Shown here: piece by piece, positions 12,201-23,013 of the stretch
How the letters are laid out: every line of letters starts with the position of its first letter
Position numbering within the stretch: the stretch's first letter is position 1
DNA from: Emiliania huxleyi CCMP1516
Taxonomy: Eukaryota
Reading direction: 5' to 3'
Length of the DNA stretch: 64,000 nt
Assembly (NCBI RefSeq): GCF_000372725.1
Contig: NW_005201792.1
Span: forward strand, 499,440-563,439
Translations under genes and position numbers: made by a program
Notes under the pieces: generated by a model
Databases searched by the model: none
What the model was told of the DNA's origin: nothing
The model's input: the letters and a program-made list of their open reading frames with translations, nothing else

Positions 12201-14137
12201 CGGACCTGCCGGCGGCTGCTCTCGGCTGTGTCTCGGCAGTGTCTCGGAAGATGCAGGCAGGTCGGCGGCGTGGAGGGGCGGGCCTGCAGGCCGGGCATGC
12301 GCGCGTCAGACGTCATCTGCAGCTTGTAGACGAGCTTCGCCTAGTCAGAGCCGCTCCCCGTGTGACTCGTGAGCGAGGGGCCTCTGCGGCGGTGCGAGAG
12401 CTCGGCCATGTCGAGCGCGACGCGCAGGGAGATCGGGATGATGGAGGAGAAGAGGAGCAGGAAGCGGCAAAAGTCGAGCAGCGCCTGCGGGTGACGCTCG
12501 TCTCTGAGAAGGATCGGCCGTGCCTCGCTCGTTCGGTCCGGCACACGCGTCGCTCCAGCGCCTGCAGCAGCTGCTGCGACATCTCGGCGCTCGCCAGCCG
12601 CGAGGAGGCGGCCCGCTGGATGAAGGGCACGGCGACCATCGCCAGCGCGGTCGACGCCGTGAGACCAAAGAGCACCTTTGCAGAGCAGCCGGGCGGGTGA
12701 GAGGTTGACTCGTCGGCGCGTGCTTCAGAGGGAGCGCCTTTGCGAGGAGGTTGACTTGCAGGTCGACCGACGCGACCTAGGAGCGGCGCTGAGTCGGTGA
12801 CAGCTCACACCACCACCACCACCACTCCTTGGCGAGAGCCGAGCCCGCCTTGGATCGGGGCGGCGCCGAGTTCATCGCGCCGCGCGTGTCGGTGCCCGTG
12901 TACAGGACGAGCGCGAGCGCCTCGCCCGAGGCGAGGACCGTCCCCGCCCAGAGAGTGTTGTCGAGCGAGAGCGGCTCGGTGGCGTCGCCCTCCGAGTCGG
13001 AGAGGGTGAGGTCGCCTGGCGGGGCGGGGGCGAGGTGAGCTTGGCCTGAGGTCCGTTTCGGCCCAGGGCGAGGGTCGCCCTCAAACGCGTAGATGTCGGC
13101 GGTCGGCTCGGGCGCGTACACGCCGCCGCTCGCCTCGGCGAGAGCCTGACTCGAGCGTAGAGCGGTGAGTCAGAGCCGTCCTGCTGTCTGCCAGCCGCCG
13201 CTGCCCTCGAGCGGCTCTCCTCGTCCGAGGAAAGCTTCTGGCAGCTTGGCACGGCGAGGCGCAGCTTCCAGTCCGTCTCTCCTGTTCACAACCGGCTCTC
13301 CCTCCGCTGGCTGGTCCCGCGCGAGGCGCAGCTCCCAGCCTCCTCCTCTCCGTCGAGCTGGTCCGTGCGCAGGAAGAGTATGCCGGACGACTCCTTGGTG
13401 CGCAGCAGCAGCAGGTCGGCAGGCACGCGCTGGTTGGCACGCACCTAGGGGGCAAGGGAGGCGGAAGGACGTACGTCCGCACCGGCCAGCCCAGCACAGT
13501 GTGCCCGACGGCTCCTCGGCTTCACCCGCAGCACATGCCCGACAGAGATGTCTTGCGCGGCGACGGTGACGTCGCCTCCGCCGGGCGTGAGGCGGGTGTA
13601 CAGCTCCGTGTTGATCTCGCGGTCGGTGCGGTACCGCTTGTAGTCGTCGAAGCCCTCCTTGCACATGGTGACGGCCAGCACGAACGCGAGCGGCGCGATG
13701 TAGGTGAAGAGGAGCCCGATCTGGAGAGGCGGGAAGAGCTGCGAGAGGGCGACCACGAGGAAGTAGAGGTTGAAAAACTGCGAAAACTGCTCGTACAGCA
13801 CCTTCGGCACGAAGCTGAAGAAGGAGTACTTCGTGTTGACCACGAGGTTCCTCGCGTACCGCCGCGGCGTCGGCCGGGTGGCGTTGAGACGGATGTGGCG
13901 TGCCTCTGGCTCGCGCTTGCCGCAGCACCACCTGCACGCCCGCGCGAACGCGCCACGCCGCCGCGCGCCGCCGTCGGCCAACGACTCCCGGCTGCCGCGG
14001 GCATGCGTCGCCGAGGGAGGAGGCGGAGGCTGTGCGCTGGCGCTGACCCGCGGTGCGGTGCCGCCGGAGCTGAGGCCGGCCGGCCGCGGCTTTGCGCCAC
14101 CCTCGAATTGGATGTAAGGGGACGAGAACTCGTCCAT
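9244..14137 (-). CDS. ATP9: P4-type ATPase phospholipid flippase, ATP9/NEO1 class, multi-exon
   Basis: N-terminal [41 protein letters not shown]; phosphorylation motif DKTGTLT (~12150); [49 protein letters not shown] at 14137, TGA at 9244-9246. Several intron boundaries are approximate. Confidence 0.93.
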
Positions 14138-15222
14138 TTTTGCTTGCGACTCGCGAGTCAGCGATGGAGTGCAGGTGAAGTTACCGGAACCGGACCAGCA
14201 CCCCGTGCAGGCCGCTGTCGGCGCCGAACTGGCGCGCCGTGCCGCCCGTAAACAGAGAGAGAGAGCTATAAAAGTACTCAACAGACTCCCTACCGCGTTC
14301 TACATTCTACACCTTCCCGCCGCGAAACTTTTGAGCTAGCTAGGCCTAGGGTACCTTTTGAGCTAGCTGGGTACCTTTCACAGCCTTGTTATTGGAGAAG
14401 AAAATACGTCCTATGGTTCACAAAAAGAATTTTGAGAAGCGCGCTCGCACGACACTGGGCAGCGGGACTGGCGCGCACAAAAAAGAATTGTCCGATAAGA
14501 TCGGCCCGCAAGTGGGGGTACTAATTGACCCCGATGTATGTCGCAGTGCTCTTGTGCGTTTCGGCGGTAGTGATCTATCTGATCACCCGAATGCCGCGTT
14601 CGGATCGCTCCTCATCGCAAACCCAGTCAGAATTCCTCCTCCAGGAATGTACGTAAGAGCTACATACACTGAAAAGCACAACAAAAATGTTTGGTACTAA
14701 AAATCTCTCTCTCGCTAAAACTCTCTCTCTCTGGACGACGTGGACAAGGAGGCAGGGGGGAAGAGGGGGGGGGGGGGGCGAAATAATATGAAAGAGCCCG
14801 AATAGTCTGGCCCCAGCTCGCAGCTGTGTCCCCCGCGCAGCCTACACGATGGCATGGTGCCCGCCCGCCCCCCTCCACCCACCTCCCTGGGGGGGCCGCC
14901 CCGAGGCGACCACCCGACCAGCACCAGGGCGCCCCGCCCTGCGACTTTCCAATGATAATGATCAATTAAAGTTAGAGATTTTGCGAGTTGAAATGGTCAT
15001 CTATCACCATAAGTACAAAAACACTCTACTATTGCTATCTCTAGAACAGTAATGAAATTGTAAAAGTCTCTTCAACGTGAGCGCAGAGTCCAGAGAGACC
15101 ACTCAGAGATAGAGTACTGCAACGTGCGCATTCACATGCACGCCCCACAACATGCTACCCGGTACTAGCCAACGTACGGGCGGTGAGAGAAGCGAGAGAG
15201 TCGTCTCGGACGGTCGCAGGCA

Positions 15223-17128
15223 TCAGATGGAATCGCGCATCCTTCGTGCAGCCGCGGAGGACCCTGCCGGCGTCATCTTGACTGGCTCGGACCAGGCGGT
15301 CGGCTTGCTGCAACAGTTGGCGGCGCAGCACTCGCCATTGAGCACAAACATCGCGAGGAGCGCGGCGGCGACCGCGATGGCCCCGGGCGCAAACAGCGAC
15401 GGCAACTCGTCGAACAGGCCCGTCGCGCCGCCGCAGAGGGCCTTAAAGTTTGCAAAGGCAAAACTCTGCCGGTCGTACTCGGCTTTCTGGTCCGCGAGGT
15501 CTTGCGCGTTGATGGGCGGGTCGGCATTCTCCGCCAGCTGGAGGATGGCTTCGGCGTCACTCTTGGCTTGCTCCAGCACGGGGAGCGACGACTCGCAGAC
15601 GCCGAGGTACTCGCGCAGCTCCTCCTGCGCCAGGCTCGTGCGCGAGAGGACGGCGAGCGCCGGGAAGAAGGCGTAGGCGACCAGCGCGAGGAGGGCGAGC
15701 AGGTAGCCGAGGACCACCCAGCACTTGGCGCAGCAGGTGCCGCGGTACACCTGCCCACAGCAAGCAGAGGCGGAGGGGAGTGCAGAGGCGCTGCTCACAG
15801 CGCTCGACGGCGCGGGCGCGGCGGTGCAAGGCACACCCTGGCGTTGCGCAGGCCGCAGCCGCCGGCGAGGAGCAGGACGGCGAGGAGGAGGGCGGCAGGG
15901 AGGAGCACGGCGAGCGTGAACCACCTTGTGTACGGCTTCAGCTGGTCCACGACGTCGGTCGGCACCGACTCGAGCGCCGATTCGGCTTGGTCCGTCGAGT
16001 TGGCCAGGTTGACGATCGCGTCGAGGATGCTGTCGATGTCCTGAGATGCGCCGGGAGGAGGTGTATATTGCTGACAGCGGCTTTTAGCTCGAGGAGTGCC
16101 GTCCCCCGCGCCTGCACGAGCGGGTCGATGCGGAAGTAGATGGCGAGCATCGCGCCGAGCAAGAATGCGGCCGCCAGCAGCGCGCCGCTCGACCACGCCG
16201 CCATGGCGTGGAAGGAGCAGCAGCCAGAGGCCATGCAGCCGCGGTACGACTCGCCGCGCGCCGCGCGCCGCCTGTCGGCGAGAAGCTTGGCTGCGACGAT
16301 GACGGCGAGGCCCAGAGCCAGCGCCACGGCCGCGACGGCAGCCTCGGCGAACGGGATGGGCGCGTTGCCCGCCACGGGCCTCTCCGAGATCTCCTTCACC
16401 TCGGCGATCTCGAGGCCTGGAAACGCGGACGCGACACCGTCATCGCCAAATGCCGTATCGCCACGGGCTCAACACGGGGCCAGAAGGGGGCGTGTCGATC
16501 GAGGGCCGAGGGCGTGGCTGCGACGGGCGCGGTGGTCGGCGGCTCGCACCGAGCGTCGCCGAAGCAACCGACGGCGAGGAAAGCCCCTCGTTGAGACTTT
16601 TGGTGTACTGGGCGGCATCGCCGGACGAAGAGGCAAAGATATCAAAGGTCAACACGCTGCCGCCGCTCTCGAGGCGGCGGCGAGCGTCGCCGCCGGAAGC
16701 GTCGGGATTGGAACTCTGTGCGGGGAAGATGGTCATGCGGATCGCCTCGAGCGAGACCGAGACGAGGTTCGCGACGGCCTCGAGGAGCTTGTCGCGCTTG
16801 CCCGGATAGATGGTTGTGGACTTTCGCCGAGTGTGGAGGACGAGGCGCACGACGTTCGTCGCCTTTGCGATAGCCTCGGGGACCTGTACACACGCTGAGG
16901 ACAGGGTCAGAGAAGCTGTGAGGGTTGGAAAGTACCCTCTTTCTTGCGAGCGAGGGACGTCGGTGAGCTGATCGAGGGTGTCGGGCTCCGGCTTGTTGAG
17001 GAACGCGTCGATGAGCTCATCGCGGGACGACTAATGTATAGGAGAGAGTGCCTTGAGTGTGCGTGTGTGCGTGCGTGCGTGCGTGCGTGCGTTGTGTGTG
17101 CGTGCGTGCGTGCGTGCGTCGTGCGTCG

Positions 17129-17192
<64 letters not shown>

Positions 17193-17208
17193 TGTGTGCG
17201 TGTGTGTG

Positions 17209-17297
<89 letters not shown>

Positions 17298-17763
17298 TGT
17301 GTGGCTCTCTCTCTCTCTCTGACTGTGTGTGTGTGTGTATGTGTGTTCTGGTGCGTGTTTTAAGAGGCGCCTTGTCAAGCCCTTTGACCCAGGCCACGGC
17401 CTCTGTGACGTTCACGCACTCGCCGCTGTCGGCGTCGGCCTCTTCGAAGGTGTCGTTGGGAAAGAGGTCGGTCAGGGCCAAGTCATCGATCAGATTCTCA
17501 AATTGCTCGCTCGTCATACATGGCTCCTCGTCAAGTGCGGCTCCCGTGTAAATCAGTAGAGTCTCGCCCAGGAGCTCCTCGTACACCTCCTGTTCGCCAG
17601 AGAGAGGCGGCGGTCTTGGAGAGTTTATTGGCGGTGGTGTGGGTGCGTTGCACGCCTTGGTCGGGCAATCGACGCCCGTCTCGTTCCCGTCCTGCATCAT
17701 GTTTGAGCATGTGGCACGGACAGTGGGCAGGGCCAGAGCCGCGGCGAGGACGAAGAGGCGCAT
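15223..17763 (-). CDS. Uncharacterised signal-peptide protein with a Cys motif, an EF-hand-like loop, an RRRL/SEA-like segment and about 4 TM helices (about 6 exons)
   Basis: Signal peptide MRLFVLAAALALPTVRA; CSNMMQDGNETGVDC; FEEADADSGECVNVTEA; DARRRLESGGSVLTFDIF; hydrophobic helices with Cys-rich loops in the 15223-16417 exons. Plausible GC/GT-AG junctions near 17370/17030, 16418, 16111/16041 and 15836/15752. Confidence 0.55.
17057..17345. repeat. Compound (CGTG)n/(TG)n/(CT)n microsatellite, intronic
   Basis: Directly visible tandem repeats. Confidence 0.97.
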
Positions 17764-19124
17764 TTTTTGGTCACGTTGTCGGCACGCTACCAAAGCGTTA
17801 ATCTGAAGTGCTCGAGCCAGCGTCTCGGGGGGCAAATCGGCACAAGGCAGGGCGGCTCACGATTGAACTCAAACAGGGTTGTATTTTGTTTTTTTTTGTT
17901 CTTAACGTCTTCTTCTCAGCTCGGCCCCCACTCAAGTTTTGGGGACTTTATTGAGGTCCAGAAAGGGTGAGAAGGCAACCAACTGAAGAGAGAGAGATAT
18001 AACATAAATAAAAATCTCGACACGAGGGGTGGGAGAAGGACAGGCCCCCCCAGCTGCGCGAACGAACGAGCAGGTTCCAGCAGGATCTTGGTTGGAAGGA
18101 CGATCAGGGACTCATCAACGGGAGCGGGGACCGGACGCTTATCCGAAGGCGTGTGCCGGATTTTCTTTCTCCGTTGGTGTACCTGTGTTACTGTAGTGCG
18201 AAGTGGCAAGTGCGCGAGGGTCCAGTCCCGTGTCTAGGAGGTGTCTAGGAGGTGTCTAGGAGGTGTCTAGGACGTGTCGCCTCGACGTCTGAGTCACGGT
18301 GCAGCAGCGGCGGCGACGACTGGAACGGGTCTCGCAAGTAGACGACGTCGACATCCGAGAGGAGCACGCAGCCAACCTTGAGCCAGTAGGTAGGTAGAAA
18401 GGTGAAGAACAGCCAGGCTCGGACTGGACACCAACGCGGTATGGGTGGACGCTAGACAGATGATGACGACACGCACGAGCGACACACAGACACAAACAGG
18501 CTCACAAGACACACAGCCAGCTGGCTGCCACACACCCTGAGTAGGCGTACACATAACTCAGGGCCACATTCTTCCTGTCGCCCCCCCCAGCACTCCATCC
18601 AAGGTGCCAAGAGAACAAACAAGCTACAAAGGGCACAACAAACAACAGACGACAGGAAGTGACCTGCGAGGCTAGAGCAGACCGCTCCGCCTCTAGCAAT
18701 CTCGCCGCCCGGCGAGGCACGGACGAGACCGTGTGTGGGGTCTTGTGAGGTGTCTATGGACGCCCTCCTCAGAGAGAGGCTAGCTGCCTACTGCTAGCTA
18801 GCCCTATCTCGCACTCACGGGTGATGACAATCCAATGTATGAGTGTATGCGAGCAGAAGCGCGTGGGCTAAATCTAGGCCGCACGTCGTGGCACTATGAC
18901 GAAGTTAGTTAGACGTGCGGCCGCAGCGCGCCCGCCCCAGGCTCGGCGGTGCGCGCGTGTTAGCGAGAAAGTTGCGGCGAGAGCCATGCCCGACTTTGTG
19001 AAGGTGAGGCCTCTGCGACGAGTGCCAGCCGCGCTGCGGAGCCACACCCTTCGAGCAGACACAAACAGCCGGAACTTCAAAAAAATATTTTCCCGCCTCT
19101 GCTGCACCCACCAACCGACGACCA

Positions 19125-22100
19125 ATGTCTTGTCAAATGCCGCACGAGCTCGACCTGCACTCCCTCACGGAGGAGCTCGCGCGGCCGGACGGCGCGCCTC
19201 CCCTCGACACCGCCATCCTCGCGGCAACGGCGGCTCTTTCCAGCGCGCCCGAGAGCGCCGGCGGGCAGAGCGCTGTGGCGGAAGCGCTGCGCTGCGTCGT
19301 CCGAATCGCGGAGCGGGACGCGGCAGGGCGGGTCGGGCCCGAGCTGATCGGCTTGGTCGTCGATCGCGGCATTCGCCCGGCTTGCACGCGCACTACGCCG
19401 GCTCCGCCCTCCACAGACGAGAGCGCCGCGGTGGCGCTGGAGGCCCTCCGTGCGTGCCTGTTCGGCGCGGCGCGGCTCGCGGGCGGCTTGCTGGACGTGA
19501 GCCCGCCGCTTCTCTCTGCGCTGCTGCGCGGCGTCGCCGTGCCGCTCGCTCTCGCGGCGGCCCCCGGCGCGCGGTGGGATGCTGGCTCTCTGGGCGCCGC
19601 GCCGCCGGGAGAGGCGGAAGAGCCTCTCGTGGGTGGCCTGGTCGAGCTGCTCAAGGCGGCGCACGAGCTGCTCGGCGCGCAGATGGCGGGGGGCGGCGAG
19701 CTGGCGGGGCGCGGCTGGGTGCCGTGTCTCGGCGAGCTGAGCGACGCGCTGCTCTGCGCGTGCGAGGCCGAGGCGGCCCGGCCGAGCCCAGCATTCAAGC
19801 TGAAGAACTGGCTCTGGAAGCTGCTGGTGCGGGCGGCGACCGCGCTGGGGCGGGCGGGCGCGCCAGCGGACGCTGGGGACGTGCGTGGCGACGCGGCCTC
19901 CCTCTCGACGCTGCGCTCGCGCCTCCTCTCCCAGTCGACGGCGCGGCTAACGCTCCTCCTGCGGACACGTCCGGTGCGTGTCCGTGACGCGTCCGTGGCC
20001 AATCCTTGGCATGGCCCCCATAGGTGCGGCTCCTGCCCCTCCTGCAGCGAGTCGTGGCCCACGCGGCGGCGGCGGAGCGGGCAGACGCGGCAGTTGGGCT
20101 CGGCGGCGAGGCGGCGGAGGCGGAGGAGAAGATGGCTCTCTTTGGCCTCATCCAGCTGAAGGCCATCCTGGCCAGCCAGCGCGAGCCTCTCGCGCGGTGG
20201 GGCGGCGAGGCGGCGGCGGCGCTGCTCGCCCGCTTCCTCGCCCGCTCGGGCAGGCTGCTGCTCGCGGCGTCCCTTCACGCCCACCGCTCTGCGGGTGCGG
20301 GCCGCGGCGGGCGGCGTCGCGAGGCTGCGCCTCCCTCGGGTGACGGCGGTGTGGCGGCGGCCGTTAGGCGAGTCGCGGCCCGAGGAGACCCTCGCAGCGA
20401 GGCTGCTCGGCAAGCTCGACGCGAGCCTCGGGGCGCTCCTCGGCGGCGCTCCGCCGGGCAAGGTTGTGGCCGCTCGCCCCGCAGCTCCCGGCGAGGGCTA
20501 AGGAGTGAGTGGTGAGTGGTGAGCTCATCAGGCGCATCTCCCGGGCGAGGGCGACGCGGGAGAGCTGCTGCTGCGCGGCTGGGTCCGCCTCGCCGCGGCC
20601 GCGACACCGGCCTACGCCGCTGTCCCGCAAGAGGGTGGGGCGGAGGGCGGGGCGGAGGAGTGGGCGGCGGGAGGGCGCTTGCGGCCGGACGAGGCCGCGT
20701 GGCTGCTGGCTCTCTCCTTGCGCGCAACGGTGAGGAGGCTAGAGACGGCGGCGGCCGGACGGGGGAGAGGGCCATCCCACGGTCATCCTACGGTGGCCAC
20801 TCCCCCCGGCAAAGGCGCGATGGCGGCTCTCATTTGCCGGCCCCCACTTGCCCCTAGGCGACGACGCCCTCGGTCGCTGCGGCGGCGCACGAGGTTGCGG
20901 CCTCGGCGGTGCTGCCCGCTTTGCTGCAGCTGCTGCCGCGCTGCTACGGCGCGCTCATCGCCCCCGCCGCGCCCACCGACGACGAGGACGCCGGCGGGGG
21001 CGGGCCGGGCGGCGCCGCGTACGAGACGATGCCGTCTGCCCTCTCTCTCCTCGCCACTGTCGCGGCTGGGTACGCGTCGAGGGCGCCGCCTCGGGTGCAC
21101 GCGAGGCTGGTGATGTCGCTCGTGGACGGCGCTTGCGCCGCGCACCCGATGATCAGACAGGTCTCTCTCCCTCGCCCCCCGCCCTCCTCCCGCCGCCTCC
21201 TCCCGCCGCCCACCCTGCCTCCAGCCCCCGGTCGCGCAGGTGGCGCTGGACGCACTCGCCGCGCGGCTCTCCGTCTTGGACGCCGCCGCCGCCGCCGCCA
21301 CTTGCCACTCCCTGTGGCGGGCGAGCGTCTCTCTCGGCGCCGCGCGTGCCTCCGGCCTGCAAGCGTCGCTCGCCAAGCTCGTCGCGGCCTCCCTGCCGCA
21401 CCTGCCGCCCGAGGCGCTGCTCCAGCTGCTGGCCTCCTTCGGGGCGCCCCTCTCTCGGCTGGCTGCGAGCGGAGGGGCCGCCGACCCGAGCGAGCCCAAC
21501 TTGGGCAGCCTCCTCCTCCTCCTCGCAGCGCTGCCCGAGGTTGCCGGCGAGGCCGGCGCCCCTGCCGCTGGCGCGCTCTCGTCCGCACTCGAGCGGGCGG
21601 GCGGACGGGCGTGGTGCTGTCGCCTCGCCGACGCCTCGTGCGTCGCCAGCGACGCCGGCGCGACTCGCTCTCTGCTGCTCGGCGCGGCTGGCCTGCTCGC
21701 GCTCCTCCCGTGCGATGCGGAGCGGCCAGCCACTCACCGGCCCGACCCGAGGTGGGCACCCACTCACGCGGGGGCGCCGGATCCCGCCGCATCGCTGGCG
21801 CACGCCGCCTTGCGGGCGCTGTCCACGCGGCGCGTCTCGGCAGCGGCGGAGGCGGCGGCGGTGGCTGTCGCCAAGCTTCCGGCCGAGGCATTGGAGCCTC
21901 TCGCACACGCGGCGGCTGCCTCGCCGCCAGGGCAAGATGCGCGCGGCCTCGGCACCGCCGTGCTCATCCTGGCGATGCTCCCTTTGAGGCCGTCGCTCTC
22001 GCCCGCGGCGTGGGAGCATTTGGGCGAGGCGACCGTGCGCCTCATGCAGCAGGCGTTGCTCGACGGCGGCGCCGACTGGGCGGTCGACACCGCGGCGCGC

Positions 22101-22622
22101 GTGGCGTTTGAGTTCATCTGTGTGGCGCCAGACGAGCACCAGAGCGCCTTTGTGTCCACCCTCAAGACGCGCGGCTTTGACGGACCCCTCGAGACCTTTG
22201 CCACCCTCTCGGTCGAGTCGCCGCCCGACATGCACTCCGCCACCTGGCTCGCGCATGAGGGGCGGCTCGCTTCGGCGACGTTGGCCTCTGCTTCCGCCGC
22301 CGCTTCCGCCGCAGCCGCCGCCGCCGCCGCCGCCGCTGCCTCGTCGCCGCCCCCCGGACTCGGCCGGCCTCCGCTGCAGCCGCTGCTCGGCGGCGCCCAG
22401 CGAGGCGCGGACCGGCCCGAGTGCGCCCACCCGCCCAAGCGGCCGCGGCTCGACGCCGAGTCGGAGCGCGGACTGCAGATGCTGACCGCGGGGCTCGCGG
22501 CGGTGCGGAGTAGCGCGAGCGGAGCGCCTCACGGAGGCGGCGGCGGTGGCGAGCTACGCGAGCTGCTCGAGGCGCATGCCCAGGAGGTGCACCGGCTGGC
22601 CGCCGCTCTCGGTGGCTCGTGA
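19125..22622 (+). CDS. Ala/Leu-rich helical-repeat protein, possible FIRRM/FLIP (C1orf112, FIGNL1 partner) homolog, multi-exon
   Basis: Coding-like ORFs 19125-~19960, ~20023-20460, ~20857-21160 and 21240-22622 are separated by AG-ending gaps. The C-terminus W..DTAARVAFEFI..APDE and PKRPRLDAESERGLQMLTAGL..LEAHAQEVHRL resembles the C1orf112/FLIP C-terminus as recalled. Not verified by search. Confidence 0.45.
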
Positions 22623-23013
22623 GGATGAGCTCGCGCGCTGGGTCGGCCGCGGCGGAGTGAGCTACAGTACTGAAGAGAGCTGTGGGGGCGGATATGTCAC
22701 TTACCAGGGTGGTACTGCCACACAGCCTGAGTCGGGGGGGGGGTCCCCTCGCCCCGCTACTGAGCCGATGTTCGTGATCGTGTGCGCGCTGCCCGTCCCA
22801 CAGCCACACACCGCACACACACGGACTACACACATACACATACGCGCGCAGCGGTACAACACAAAACCCGGTTCGCATGAACTGTGCTCTCTGACACTGA
22901 GCTGTGATAACATCAATACACAATGTTTCAGAGAGAGAAGAGACTTTATACCTGCACAGCAATCAACATACACATGCACATGATGGATGATGCATACATG
23001 ACTTGTGAGACCC

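Noticed and set aside
17031..17551. (HT)n, (CV)n and (CVRA)n ORFs
   Set aside because: Translations of the intronic microsatellite.
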